This document shows positions 43,547-55,163 of a stretch of 64,000 nucleotides of DNA, piece by piece. The notes beneath the pieces were generated by a model. The model had not been told where the DNA came from and searched no databases. It worked only from the letters and a program-made list of their open reading frames with translations. Source of the DNA: Treponema sp. (GTDB lineage Bacteria; Spirochaetota; Spirochaetia; Treponematales; Breznakiellaceae). The stretch covers positions 8,799-72,798 of the forward strand of contig JAISCR010000023.1 in the NCBI GenBank assembly GCA_031265435.1, written 5' to 3'. A program made the translations under genes and the position numbers. The number at the start of each line of letters is the position of its first letter. Position 1 is the first letter of the stretch.

Positions 43547-44806
43547 ATGTTAAAGAGATTGACCATTAAAAATTTCAAAGCCATTCAGGATATGACGATA
43601 GAGTTTACCCCGTTGACCGTGCTGATCGGAGGTAACGGCTGCGGGAAAAGTACGGTTTTACAGGCATTGGATTTTTTACGTTCTGCAGCAATACGCGATA
43701 TACCAGTGTATTTGGAAATGCATAAATGGACTATCGCGGAGTTAAAATCAAAATTAAATGATGGACAAAATAAACCTATTGAATTTATTTCGTCGTTTGT
43801 ATTTTCAGAAAACGTAGTAGACTGGTATTTTATTGTGGATTTCACGGAAGACAAGTGGTCGGTTCGGGAACTGTTTTGTGTGAACGGAAAGGGAGTAATA
43901 TCTTATCGAACTATGCCGAATATATTTGATGGCATGGCTATTCCTGAAATTCCCCAGCCATTTGTAAACATTACGCTTTCATCATCCACGTTAAAGGTAA
44001 TAGATGATTACCTTGAACAAATGGATTTTGGAAAAAATGAAATTTACGAATTACAGAAATATTTAAAACAGTCGTCGTTCCTGGACGTGCTTTCGCCGGA
44101 AACGATTCGCGGTTTCAGCGCAAATCAGCGCATTACAAGAATAGGGTATAAGGGAGAGAATTTAAAATCTTTTATTCATAGTTTAGATGATACAAGTAAA
44201 AATGAACTAAATAAAATTATCTCGGAAATTATAGGATTTCAGATCACAGTAATGACATTTAGTACCGGCGAAGGTATAACAATGGAATTGGAAATTCATC
44301 ATGAAAAAGAAACCATCAAAATTGATTCCCTGCATATTAGTGATGGTTTGCTTCGAATTATTGTATTTGCTGCAATTAAGATGGAAAGGCTTATTCTTCG
44401 ATATGGAAAATCTGACGGCGGCATTCAAATAAAAGCTGATGGCAAATATTCCTATAAAGGCTGGACTGAATGTGAATGCGGTTTTATTCTTATTGATGAA
44501 ATAGAGAACGGGGTAAATCCGTATATTACTGAAAAAATTATTACCCTTCTACGTGATATAACCAATACTCAGGGCCGTCAAATTATCTTTACAACCCATA
44601 GTCCCGTTATTTTAAATGATATTAATCCTGATTATATTAATTTGCTTTGGAAAGACAAGTCTGGTTCGGTCTATTGCCGGAAACTTTTTTCCATTTCCGA
44701 ATTATACGATTCTCTTGATTTTTTGAGTCCCGGTGACGCCTGGATGAATATCCGGGAGGAAGATCTTTTGGCAAAAGCAAGTTCTGAACCGGAGGACAAA
44801 GAATGA
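43547..44806 (+). CDS. ABC-type / AAA_21-AAA_15-like ATPase (OLD/SMC-like N-terminus)
   Basis: 419 aa. MLKRLTIKNFKAI, Walker A GGNGCGKST (residues 28-36), HISDGLLR signature-like motif (263-270), Walker B FILIDEIE (313-320), TTHSP (349-353). GAGGG SD. Confidence 0.85.
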   Translation: MLKRLTIKNFKAIQDMTIEFTPLTVLIGGNGCGKSTVLQALDFLRSAAIRDIPVYLEMHKWTIAELKSKLNDGQNKPIEFISSFVFSENVVDWYFIVDFTEDKWSVRELFCVNGKGVISYRTMPNIFDGMAIPEIPQPFVNITLSSSTLKVIDDYLEQMDFGKNEIYELQKYLKQSSFLDVLSPETIRGFSANQRITRIGYKGENLKSFIHSLDDTSKNELNKIISEIIGFQITVMTFSTGEGITMELEIHHEKETIKIDSLHISDGLLRIIVFAAIKMERLILRYGKSDGGIQIKADGKYSYKGWTECECGFILIDEIENGVNPYITEKIITLLRDITNTQGRQIIFTTHSPVILNDINPDYINLLWKDKSGSVYCRKLFSISELYDSLDFLSPGDAWMNIREEDLLAKASSEPEDKE

Positions 44807-45489
44807 TCGCTGTTTTGCTTTGCTGCGAAGGACCTGACGATCAAGGTAGAAAAAAATATATTGACGGTGAATATATACAGTCTGACGGCGTTATGCAGAT
44901 TTTGATAAAAAAAACCTCGGGCCGCAATGATTTAAATTTTGTAGTCAAGCAAAGGCAGGACTTAAAAGCAATTTCCATACGAAAGAAGTATTTGAATAAA
45001 CAACAAATGACTTCCCTCCGTTTGGCGCGGCTGGCTCAAAAAGAAAAATGTACTCATATAGCCTACCACCGGGACGAAGATAATAAGGGACTTGGTGAAA
45101 TGTACGATCAGGTTAAAGGATATTTTAAGGATGCAGAAGCCAATAAGACTTCTTGCCTTGCCATCGTTCCTCAGCACATGACGGAAAGCTGGCTTTTAAG
45201 TGATAAAAATGCTTTTAAGCAAGTATTTGGGGAAATACCTGCAAAACCGGCGGCTTTGCCGCCAAAGCCGGAAGAAACATGGGGCAATAAAGGAACAGAC
45301 AAGCACCCCAAAAGGTATCTTGAACGGGTTTTGGCGCAGTATCATCACACAACGGTTTCTTCTGAAATTTACGCGGAAATTGCAGAGAACTCTGATATTG
45401 ACGTACTGCGAGAGCGCTGCCGCGAAAGCTTTGACAAAAAATTCTACACCGATATGCAGTCTTTCATTACCACGGAGACCGCTCCATGA
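44803..45489 (+). CDS. DUF4276 / Toprim-like protein (putative nuclease partner)
   Basis: 228 aa. ATGA overlap with the ATPase gene. CCEGPDD (E9), HRDEDN (D91-x-D93) and MTESWLL (E128) form a Glu...DxD...Glu pattern. Confidence 0.65.
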   Translation: MIAVLLCCEGPDDQGRKKYIDGEYIQSDGVMQILIKKTSGRNDLNFVVKQRQDLKAISIRKKYLNKQQMTSLRLARLAQKEKCTHIAYHRDEDNKGLGEMYDQVKGYFKDAEANKTSCLAIVPQHMTESWLLSDKNAFKQVFGEIPAKPAALPPKPEETWGNKGTDKHPKRYLERVLAQYHHTTVSSEIYAEIAENSDIDVLRERCRESFDKKFYTDMQSFITTETAP

Positions 45490-45613
45490 AAAAGAACGGC
45501 TCTTTCAAGTCCATTGTCCCAAAACCTGTAACCGTTTACAATAAGAGCCTGTCCGTAAAGTAACCGGCTTTATAGACAGATATAGATACAAACCTTGACA
45601 CAAGGAGAACGCC

Positions 45614-46495
45614 ATGCAGGTTTTGAAAACCCCGCGTCCCGGGGAAGACCGGGGAGTATACAGCATTCTGGAAACAATGGATGTGGATTCGGGAAAACGT
45701 ACTGTGCTGAGGGAATTCGACGATACTGTCGAAGCTCCCAACTGGACACAGGACGGGCAGTATCTCATCTTCAACCGGAACGGAAGAATCTACCGCTACG
45801 AGCTTGCAGGCGGAACCATCACGGAGATCTACACCGGCGTCTGTACCGCGTGTAACAACGATCATGTCCTCTCCCCGGATGGTTCTTCGATTGCGATGAG
45901 TCACAACACCGTCGAAGACGGTCAGAGCCGGATCTACAAGACCCTCCTTTCAGGCGGAGAACCTGTGCTTGTCACTCCCATCGCTCCGAGCTACCTTCAC
46001 GGCTGGAGTCCCGACGGCAGGACTTTTGCGTACTGTGCGGAACGGAACGGGCAGTTTGACATTTACACGATTCCCGTGTGGGGCGGCCGGGAAAAACAGC
46101 TTACCGATACCAAAGGTCTCGACGACGGGCCGGAATACTCCCCCGACGGCAGACACATCTGGTTCAATTCAACCCGCTCATCCCTCATGCAGCTCTGGCG
46201 AATGGAAGCCGACGGTTCCAACCCAACCCGGATGACCTTTGACGAAAGCAACAACTGGTTTGCCCATGTATCGCCGGACGGTCGGCGGGTCGCCTTCATC
46301 TCCTACAAAAAAGGTGATGTTGAACCGGACAATCATCCGCCCAACAGGAACGTGCAGCTTCGTCTCATGAACGCCAATGGCGGAGATTTCCGGGTAATAG
46401 CTGAACTTTTCGGGGGCCAGGGTACAATCAATGTCAATTCATGGGCGCCGGACAGCAGGCAGATCGCCTTCGTGTCCTACAGGCTGAAAAAATAG
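45614..46495 (+). CDS. TolB-like beta-propeller protein (PD40/WD40-like repeats), no signal peptide
   Basis: 293 aa. Repeated SPDG motifs ([45 protein letters not shown]). AAGGAG SD. Confidence 0.8.
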   Translation: MQVLKTPRPGEDRGVYSILETMDVDSGKRTVLREFDDTVEAPNWTQDGQYLIFNRNGRIYRYELAGGTITEIYTGVCTACNNDHVLSPDGSSIAMSHNTVEDGQSRIYKTLLSGGEPVLVTPIAPSYLHGWSPDGRTFAYCAERNGQFDIYTIPVWGGREKQLTDTKGLDDGPEYSPDGRHIWFNSTRSSLMQLWRMEADGSNPTRMTFDESNNWFAHVSPDGRRVAFISYKKGDVEPDNHPPNRNVQLRLMNANGGDFRVIAELFGGQGTINVNSWAPDSRQIAFVSYRLKK

Positions 46496-46533
46496 GAAGC
46501 CGATTTCTCACCCGGCCTGCTGAACCGAAAGCC

Positions 46534-47250
46534 TTACTTTTGTCCGTAGCTGGCGTTGGGGCCGTGTTTGCGCTCCCAGTGCTTGCGGATGATGTGTTCG
46601 GGCAGGGTCTCCGCGTCCGGCTTCAGGGTCAGTGTCAAAAGGGCCATCCTGCAGACTTCTTCCAGAACCGCGGCATGGTAAATCGCCTGCATGGCGTTTT
46701 TTCCCCAGGTAAAGGGGCCGTGGCCTGCCACCAGTACCATTGCCATGTGCGCAGGATCGATGTTTTTCCTGCGAAAGGTTTCTACAATCAGATTCCCTGT
46801 CTCAAGTTCATAATTGTTTTTCACCGCTTCTTCACTCATCACGGGAGTGCAGGGTATCTCCTCCGCTCCATGATCCGCGTGGGTCGTGCCGAAAACCGGT
46901 ACGGAAAGCCGGGCCTGGGCCCAGGCTGCCGCGTGGGTGGAGTGGGTGTGTACAATTCCTCCCAGGCCCTCAAAATCCCGGAAGAGAACCCGGTGGGTTT
47001 CCGTATCGGAAGAGGGGTTGAGCTTCCCCTCCACTACCCGGCCTTCAAGATCAACTACCACGAGATCCTCAGATTTCAGATCTCCGTAGGCAATGCCGGA
47101 CGGCTTGATCGCGAAAACGGCTTTACCGCGATCAAAGGCCGAAGCGTTACCCCAGGTGTATATGGCAAGCTTCTGCCTGGGGATCTCCATGTTGGCCTCC
47201 CAGGCTTCTTCCCGCAGTGACTTGTAATTATCCAACTGAGTTCTCCGCAA
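46534..47250 (-). CDS. araD: L-ribulose-5-phosphate 4-epimerase
   Basis: 238 aa. TWGNASAFDR, IVHTHSTHAAAW (class II aldolase metal ligands). The TTG start is uncertain and overlaps the araB 3' end by 23 nt. Confidence 0.88.
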   Translation of the reverse strand: MRRTQLDNYKSLREEAWEANMEIPRQKLAIYTWGNASAFDRGKAVFAIKPSGIAYGDLKSEDLVVVDLEGRVVEGKLNPSSDTETHRVLFRDFEGLGGIVHTHSTHAAAWAQARLSVPVFGTTHADHGAEEIPCTPVMSEEAVKNNYELETGNLIVETFRRKNIDPAHMAMVLVAGHGPFTWGKNAMQAIYHAAVLEEVCRMALLTLTLKPDAETLPEHIIRKHWERKHGPNASYGQK

Positions 47251-48907
47251 AGGCGCCCAAGGCCCGGTACTGTTTGTAAATGCCGTCGTACACTTTTACC
47301 ATTTCCTTATTTGGCTCGTAGACCTTTTCGATGGGGGAACAAAGCGCCGCCTGTGCGGAAGGAATGTCGGGGTAGAGGCCCGCGGCGGTGGCGGCAAACA
47401 TCGCCGCTCCCAGGGCCACAGCCTGATCCCCCGCGGGAACATTGATGGGCATGTTAAGCACATCGGCCAGAATCTGCATGATAAAAGGCGATTTCCGCGC
47501 CACACCGCCCACACCGATGATCCCCTCGATGGGCACTCCCTGTTCCCTGAAACATTCCACAATGGCTCTGGCGCCGAAGGCGGTCGCCTCGGCAAAGGCC
47601 CGGTAGACACGGGGAGCATCGGAACCCAGGGTAAGGCCGCAGATCGCCGCGGTAAGGTGTTGATTGGCGCCGGGTGTGCGTCTGCCGTTAAGCCAGTCCA
47701 GGGCGACAAGGCCGGTCTTACGGGGGTCGATCTTTGCGGCCTCCTCCTCAAGCCGGGGAATGATCTTCTTTGACAGTGCTGCTTTTATCTTTTCTTTTAC
47801 GGCCCCGTCGAGTCCTTCAACTTCATCGAGCAGAGTTTCCGCGGGCCATGAAACAAGCTTCTTGAACCATGCATACACGTCCCCGAAGGAGCTCTGGCCC
47901 GCTTCGTACCCCAGAAGCCCCGGCAGCACCGAACCGTCAACCTGACCGCAGATACCTGCTACAAGCTGTTCCGGCCCCGAAGGTTTCGGCCCCACGGTTA
48001 CATCGCAGGTGGAAGTTCCCATAACCCGGATAAGCCAGCCCGGCTTTACACCGCCGCCCACCGCGCCCATGTGGGCATCGTAGGCCCCCACCGCCACGGG
48101 AATGCCGCCGGGAATGCCGAGCCTTTCGGCCCATTCGGCGCAGAGAAAACCGGCGGCCTTGTCGCTTGTCCAGGTTTCCATTCCCAGGCTTTGGCGGATC
48201 TTCACCAGCCGGGGATCGAGCCGGGAGAGAAAGCCCTCAGCCGGATAGCCGCCGTAACTTTCATGCCACATGGCCTTGTGGCCCATGGCGCAGCGGCTCC
48301 GCTTGATTGCGCACAATCCCTTGCCGCCGGAGAGGAGCAGGGTCATCCAGTCGCAGTGTTCCACAAAGGTAGCGGCGGCTTCCGCCACTTTTTCATCAAC
48401 GCTTAATATATGAAGAATCTTGGCCCAGAACCATTCGGCGGAATACGTACCCCCCTCGTACTGGGTAAAATCAATGCCGCCCCAGGTTTTGGCGGCCTTG
48501 TTGATCCTGTCGGCTTCGGCAAGGGCGGTATGATCTTTCCAAAGCACAAACATTGCGTTAGGATTTTCGGCGAATTCCTGCCTCATCGCCAGGGGAAGAC
48601 CATCGTTATCCGCGGCGCAGGGGGTGGAACCGGTGGTATCAATGGCAATGCCCTTTACCCTGGCGGCGACCTCTTTCCCCGCCTGGGCGACAGCCTCCCT
48701 CACCGTCCCTTCGAGCACGTCGATATAGTCCTGAGGATGCTGCCTGAACTGGTTTGCCGCCGGATCGCAGTAAAGCCCCCTGGCCCAGCGGGGGTAATCC
48801 ATCACCGAACCGCCGGCCTGCTCTCCTGTTGCCGCATCGATCAATACTGCCCGGGCCGAATCGGAACCATAGTCCAATCCCAGTACATAGGCCTCACCCT
48901 TTATCAT
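47228..48907 (-). CDS. araB: ribulokinase (FGGY family)
   Basis: 559 aa. VLGLDYGSDSARAV N-terminal motif. Length and layout are typical of AraB. Confidence 0.88.
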   Translation of the reverse strand: MIKGEAYVLGLDYGSDSARAVLIDAATGEQAGGSVMDYPRWARGLYCDPAANQFRQHPQDYIDVLEGTVREAVAQAGKEVAARVKGIAIDTTGSTPCAADNDGLPLAMRQEFAENPNAMFVLWKDHTALAEADRINKAAKTWGGIDFTQYEGGTYSAEWFWAKILHILSVDEKVAEAAATFVEHCDWMTLLLSGGKGLCAIKRSRCAMGHKAMWHESYGGYPAEGFLSRLDPRLVKIRQSLGMETWTSDKAAGFLCAEWAERLGIPGGIPVAVGAYDAHMGAVGGGVKPGWLIRVMGTSTCDVTVGPKPSGPEQLVAGICGQVDGSVLPGLLGYEAGQSSFGDVYAWFKKLVSWPAETLLDEVEGLDGAVKEKIKAALSKKIIPRLEEEAAKIDPRKTGLVALDWLNGRRTPGANQHLTAAICGLTLGSDAPRVYRAFAEATAFGARAIVECFREQGVPIEGIIGVGGVARKSPFIMQILADVLNMPINVPAGDQAVALGAAMFAATAAGLYPDIPSAQAALCSPIEKVYEPNKEMVKVYDGIYKQYRALGAFAENSVG

Positions 48908-48925
48908 GATAATCCTCCGCGTACT

Positions 48926-50476
<1,551 letters not shown>

Positions 50477-50746
50477 TCAAGTCGCAAACCATTTGTCTCC
50501 TTCCGGGTGGGGACAGTACGAAACACGGGGCAGGGCCCGGAACTGGACAAAGCATCCGCAGTGGGCGCACAGGATCCCTTCCCTCAGGCAGGCGCATGAG
50601 GAGCAGACCGCAAGCCTCCGCTCATATACATGTTCTTCCACCCGCAGTCCCTCCGCGACAGGAGCCTCACGCGCCAGACGCAGGGCCTCCTCGGCGGAAG
50701 GCAGCGCCGCCCCGCGTCCGCAATGCGGACAGCCTTCCCTATCCAA
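50477..50746 (-). CDS. small Cys-rich protein, DUF6171-like
   Basis: 89 aa with a non-ATG (TTG) start. CPHC ... VCSSCAC ... [13 protein letters not shown] ... YCPH ... KW. The pattern matches what I recall of DUF6171. Confidence 0.5.
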   Translation of the reverse strand: MDREGCPHCGRGAALPSAEEALRLAREAPVAEGLRVEEHVYERRLAVCSSCACLREGILCAHCGCFVQFRALPRVSYCPHPEGDKWFAT

Positions 50747-52238
50747 GTTCCACAGTCACCACCGACTTTGCGGGCAGCATTACCGTTACGCCGCCCTTTA
50801 CACACCGGGCCCCCGCAAAGGAAGAACATCTTACCGTATCCGCCCTCTCGAACGTATTGTGATCCTGCATGTGTGCGGAACCCACAATCTGCCCGCTTAC
50901 CGATTTGAAGTCAATGCCGCGGATTTCGATTTTTACTTCCTTTTCCAGTTTCGGATCGATGTTGGTCAGAGACACATGGATCTTCTCGTCATCATCGACA
51001 GACGCGCAGGCGGTGACCGCGGGAATGGAACCGAAGCCCAACTGGATATTCTCCGATTCCACATGGACGGGGAGCTTTACCGCGTCCTGATGCACCTTGT
51101 ACATATCAAACACATGCCATGTGGGAGTCAGCAGCATCTTTGCGCCTTCGGTAAGGATGACCGACTGCAGTACATTGATCGTCTGGGCGATGTTGGCCAT
51201 CTGCACCCTTTCCGCATGGTTATTGAAGATATTGAAGTGAATCCCCGCCACCAGCGCGTCACGGAGACTCGACTGCTGGTAGAGGAAACCGGGATTGGTT
51301 CCCGGCTCCACATCGAACCAGGTTCCCCACTCATCCACCACGAGTCCCACCTTCCGCTTCGGATCGCAGGTATCCATTATATCACTGTGCCTTTGTATCA
51401 GTTCTTCCATAACATAGGCCTTGCGCATGGTGATAAGCCATTCGGCCTCGCCGAATTCGGTTGAGGAACCCTTGTGGGCCCATTCACCGGGCACGGTATA
51501 GTAATGGAGCGAAAGTCCGTCCAAAAGATTACCGCGTTCGCCGCAGGTTTTTTCCATTACCACCTTTGTCCAGTTATAATTACTGTCATTGGGGCCGCAG
51601 GCGATCTTGTAAACGGGCTTGCCGTAATCGCGGACATACACCGCATAGCGGCGGTAATTGTCCGCATAGAATTCCGGCGTCATGTTGCCGCCGCAGCCCC
51701 AGCTTTCGTTGCCTATGCCCCAGAATTTTACATTCCAGGGTTCGGCCCTGCCGTTCCTTGTGCGAAGGTCCGCCATGGGGCTTACTCCGTCAAAGTTGCA
51801 GTACTCCACCCACTGAGAGAGTTCCTGCACGGTGCCGGAACCAATATTCCCGCAAATATACGGCTCGCAGGGTTCACCCGGAGATGACAGCATCTCACAG
51901 AGATCCAGAAATTCATGAGTACCAAAACTGTTGTCTTCGGTAACCCCGCCCCAATGGGTGTTGATCATCCTGGGCCTCTCCTGCCGGGGGCCGATGCCGT
52001 CTTTCCAGTGGTACTCGTCGGCAAAACAGCCGCCCGGCCAGCGGAGGTTGGGAATCCTGATTTTTTTCAGGGCCTCCACAACATCCTTGCGTATACCCCG
52101 CACATTGGGAACCGGTGAATCTTCCCCCACCCAGTAACCGCCGTAGATACAACGGCCCAGATGCTCGGAAAAATGCCCGTAGATATGACGGTTAATTTTT
52201 ACACTGCCGGCGGCGGCATTGACAGCGATTCTGTTCAT
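50739..52238 (-). CDS. alpha-L-arabinofuranosidase, GH51 (paralog 2)
   Basis: The start at MNRIAVN (52238) abuts the upstream stop. [46 protein letters not shown]. Confidence 0.92.
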   Translation of the reverse strand: MNRIAVNAAAGSVKINRHIYGHFSEHLGRCIYGGYWVGEDSPVPNVRGIRKDVVEALKKIRIPNLRWPGGCFADEYHWKDGIGPRQERPRMINTHWGGVTEDNSFGTHEFLDLCEMLSSPGEPCEPYICGNIGSGTVQELSQWVEYCNFDGVSPMADLRTRNGRAEPWNVKFWGIGNESWGCGGNMTPEFYADNYRRYAVYVRDYGKPVYKIACGPNDSNYNWTKVVMEKTCGERGNLLDGLSLHYYTVPGEWAHKGSSTEFGEAEWLITMRKAYVMEELIQRHSDIMDTCDPKRKVGLVVDEWGTWFDVEPGTNPGFLYQQSSLRDALVAGIHFNIFNNHAERVQMANIAQTINVLQSVILTEGAKMLLTPTWHVFDMYKVHQDAVKLPVHVESENIQLGFGSIPAVTACASVDDDEKIHVSLTNIDPKLEKEVKIEIRGIDFKSVSGQIVGSAHMQDHNTFERADTVRCSSFAGARCVKGGVTVMLPAKSVVTVELG

Positions 52239-53236
52239 GAAGCTCCTCCATAAAGATAACATTTAACTGTTCTGCCTTCTGCCTCTACATCGGGAGGGTC
52301 TGCCCCGCGGCATTTATCCATGACCCTGGGACAGCGGGCCGCGAATTTACATCCTACTCTGGAGTACTCCTTGACCTCCTGGGTTGAAAGCCCTATTCGT
52401 TTGGCCCAGGCCGCCTTATCAAGGGGATCGGGGGCAGGCACCGATTCCTTGAGGAGCTGAGTATAGGGATGCAGGGGATTCCCCAGCACCGCTTCCACAG
52501 GCCCCATCTCTACCACATAACCCCGCAGCATTACTGCGATACGGTCGCTGATGTAGTAAGCGGTAGCGAGATCATGGGTGATATAGATAACGCTCATCCC
52601 TTCCTCTTCCTTAAGTTTTTTGAAAAGGTTGACAATAGCCATACGGAGGCTTGCGTCCACCATGGATACAGGCTCATCGGCAAGGATAAGGCTGGGACCG
52701 GAAATAAGGGAACGGGCTACGGAAACCCGCTGTATCTGTCCCCCGGAAAGCTCATGCGGATAGCGGCGGGAAAGTTCCTCCAGGGACAGCCCCACAAGGT
52801 GCAGGGCCCGGTCAACCACAGGCTGCGCAGACTTTCTGTCGGCCGCCGCGGCGAAGTTAACCGCCGTATCGATAAGGTATTCCTCTACCCTCCGCAGGGG
52901 ATTAAACGTATCAAAGGGGTTCTGGAAAACCGGCTGCACCTTCTTCATGAAGGCTTTGAATTCGTCACTTTTTTTAATGGCGGCGACATTTTGACCTTCA
53001 AAAAGGACTTCCCCGCCGGATGGTTCCAGATCACGCAATAAAAGCCGGGCAAGAGTAGTTTTGCCGCTCCCCGATTCCCCAGCAATCGTAAAGATTTCAG
53101 GTTTATTTTTATCCAGCGTAAAACTTACATCATTTACCGCCATCAGCCTTGTGCCGTTAATAAGGCCCCCGGTGTGAAAATACCGGCTTGCATGGTTTAC
53201 CTTAAGCAGTTCCGTTGTTGTCGTAGTATCGCTCAT
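52235..53236 (-). CDS. Opp/Dpp-type ABC transporter ATP-binding protein (OppF-like)
   Basis: Start at MSDTTTT (53236). Walker [19 protein letters not shown]-terminal oligopeptide-type extension with Cys residues. Confidence 0.9.
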   Translation of the reverse strand: MSDTTTTTELLKVNHASRYFHTGGLINGTRLMAVNDVSFTLDKNKPEIFTIAGESGSGKTTLARLLLRDLEPSGGEVLFEGQNVAAIKKSDEFKAFMKKVQPVFQNPFDTFNPLRRVEEYLIDTAVNFAAAADRKSAQPVVDRALHLVGLSLEELSRRYPHELSGGQIQRVSVARSLISGPSLILADEPVSMVDASLRMAIVNLFKKLKEEEGMSVIYITHDLATAYYISDRIAVMLRGYVVEMGPVEAVLGNPLHPYTQLLKESVPAPDPLDKAAWAKRIGLSTQEVKEYSRVGCKFAARCPRVMDKCRGADPPDVEAEGRTVKCYLYGGAS

Positions 53237-54225
53237 CAGGCTCCCCCCTGTAAAAGATGACATGCCGCACGATGCCCGGCTCCCAAATCCCGCATGGGCG
53301 GAACTTCGGTCTTGCAGGATTCCCTCGCCACGGGACAGCGGGGATGGAACCGGCAGCCTTCCGGTGGATTTGCCAGATTTGGCGGCGTTCCCTCAAGACT
53401 CGACTTCCCCGATTTGTCCCCGATTACGGGAAGCGAACTAATCAGATGCCGGGTATAGGGATGTTCAGGTTTTTGAAAGATGATCTCCGCCTGAGCTTCT
53501 TCGACAAGACGGCCCGCGTACATGATTCCCACCCTGTCGGCCACATTGGCATGCACCGCCATGTCGTGGGTTACAAGAAGAACGGTGTTTTTCGATTCAG
53601 CCTGTATCTCCCTGAGAAGCTGCAGCACCCCCCGCTGTACCACGACATCAAGGGCCGTGGTCGGTTCATCGGCAATGATCAGACTCGGCTGGAAGACCGT
53701 CGCCAGGGCAATTGCCACCCGCTGCTTCATGCCGCCGGAAAGTTCATGGGGATAGGAGTTAAGCACATCCGGAGGAAGCCCCAGCTTCTTCACATGTTCC
53801 TGTATCCGTTCCAGAAATTCAGTACGGTTTTTAATTCCCTCATGGGTACCGATAATGTCTTCAAAGGTTTTAATCACCTTCCGCACCGGGTTGAGTACGC
53901 TCATGGAACCCTGCATGACGTAGGAAATTTCCTTCCAGCGGACATTCTTCTGCAGTTCTTCGCCGCTTACCGATGCCATATCAACGCTGCCATATTTAAA
54001 CCGGTAGTTTACGCTTCCCTCATAAACTTTAAGCGGAGGTTTGATAGTCCCCGACAGAACCTTTATCAGAGTGGTTTTTCCGCAGCTTGATTCCCCGGCA
54101 ACACCGTATATTTCGTTGGGTTCCAGAGTCATGGACACATCGTCAATGGCGCGAACCATTCGGGAGATGCCGTACATCTCGGTTCGGTAATAGGCCTTTA
54201 GATTTTTTACCTGTAAAAACGGCAT
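53236..54225 (-). CDS. Opp/Dpp-type ABC transporter ATP-binding protein (OppD-like)
   Basis: Start at MPFLQVKNL (54225). Walker [28 protein letters not shown]. Confidence 0.9.
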   Translation of the reverse strand: MPFLQVKNLKAYYRTEMYGISRMVRAIDDVSMTLEPNEIYGVAGESSCGKTTLIKVLSGTIKPPLKVYEGSVNYRFKYGSVDMASVSGEELQKNVRWKEISYVMQGSMSVLNPVRKVIKTFEDIIGTHEGIKNRTEFLERIQEHVKKLGLPPDVLNSYPHELSGGMKQRVAIALATVFQPSLIIADEPTTALDVVVQRGVLQLLREIQAESKNTVLLVTHDMAVHANVADRVGIMYAGRLVEEAQAEIIFQKPEHPYTRHLISSLPVIGDKSGKSSLEGTPPNLANPPEGCRFHPRCPVARESCKTEVPPMRDLGAGHRAACHLLQGGA

Positions 54226-54227
54226 GA

Positions 54228-55085
54228 TTAAGCCCCCATCCGGCGCAGCCGGGTTCGCGGATCGATATACTCGTTGACGCTGGAGAAGAGAAGATAGAGC
54301 CCCAGGAACAGTATTATTGATACGGCAATAGGAGCGGCCAGCCACCACCACACCCCGGCGATCATAGCCTGGTGAGAGTTTGCCCAGTATATGGTTGACC
54401 CGATGGTAGGAGTAGTGATACTGCTGAGCCCCAGCACACCGAGAGTTACCTCCATGCCTATTGACCAGATCATATTGTTGATCGTGGTGGCAAAAACCAC
54501 GGGAAGCACAAAGGGCAGATGTTCCGTCATGGTTATCCTGAAGGCCCCGGTTCCCGAATAAACAGCCGTCCTTGTGAATGAACGCTCCTTGAGACTCAAG
54601 ACCTGGGCCCGGATAAGCCGGGCATCCCAGGGCCAGCCGAAGATCCCGAGGAAGACCGCAAGAATGGTAATGTTCATGTTTTCCCGCAAGAGGAAACTGA
54701 GCAGTATCAGTATGGGCAGCACCGGCATGACAACAAAACTGTCGTTTATGGACATGAGGAACTTGTCGATAAAACCACCCTGGTATCCTGCGGTAAGGCC
54801 CACTACCACCGCAATGGCTCTGGACACAAGAGCCGTCACAATACCCAGGTAGAGGGAATTGCGCACCGCAAAGGCCATCCAGTAGAGAACGTCCTGTCCG
54901 CGGGTATTGGTTCCGAAGGGGTGCTTCAGGGAGGGACGGAGATCCATACCAACCTGGAAGGTCTTGCCCATGTCCCAGGGGGAAAACCAGGAAAGGATCA
55001 TGAGGAACAGTATCAGTACCAGGAAAATAAAGGCGGCCCGGAAACGGCCGTCAAAACGCAGGAGATCCCGCAATACTTTCAACAT
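54228..55085 (-). CDS. Opp/Dpp-type ABC transporter permease (OppC-like)
   Basis: 285-aa multi-TM protein, adjacent to the OppB-like gene. Confidence 0.88.
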   Translation of the reverse strand: MLKVLRDLLRFDGRFRAAFIFLVLILFLMILSWFSPWDMGKTFQVGMDLRPSLKHPFGTNTRGQDVLYWMAFAVRNSLYLGIVTALVSRAIAVVVGLTAGYQGGFIDKFLMSINDSFVVMPVLPILILLSFLLRENMNITILAVFLGIFGWPWDARLIRAQVLSLKERSFTRTAVYSGTGAFRITMTEHLPFVLPVVFATTINNMIWSIGMEVTLGVLGLSSITTPTIGSTIYWANSHQAMIAGVWWWLAAPIAVSIILFLGLYLLFSSVNEYIDPRTRLRRMGA

Positions 55086-55163
55086 GGCTTACTCCTATAA
55101 AAAGCGGCGGTATCGCCGCTGCCGTTAAATCGGACATTAACACGAAGTGTTAATGATTACTCC

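Noticed and set aside
43087-45605. Short similar strings at the islet edges (cttcacaagg at 43087-43096 and cttgacacaagg at 45594-45605) as possible att or target-site duplications
   Set aside because: They are only about 10 nt long and imperfect. The right-hand copy overlaps the SD region of the next gene. That is too weak to call flanking direct repeats.
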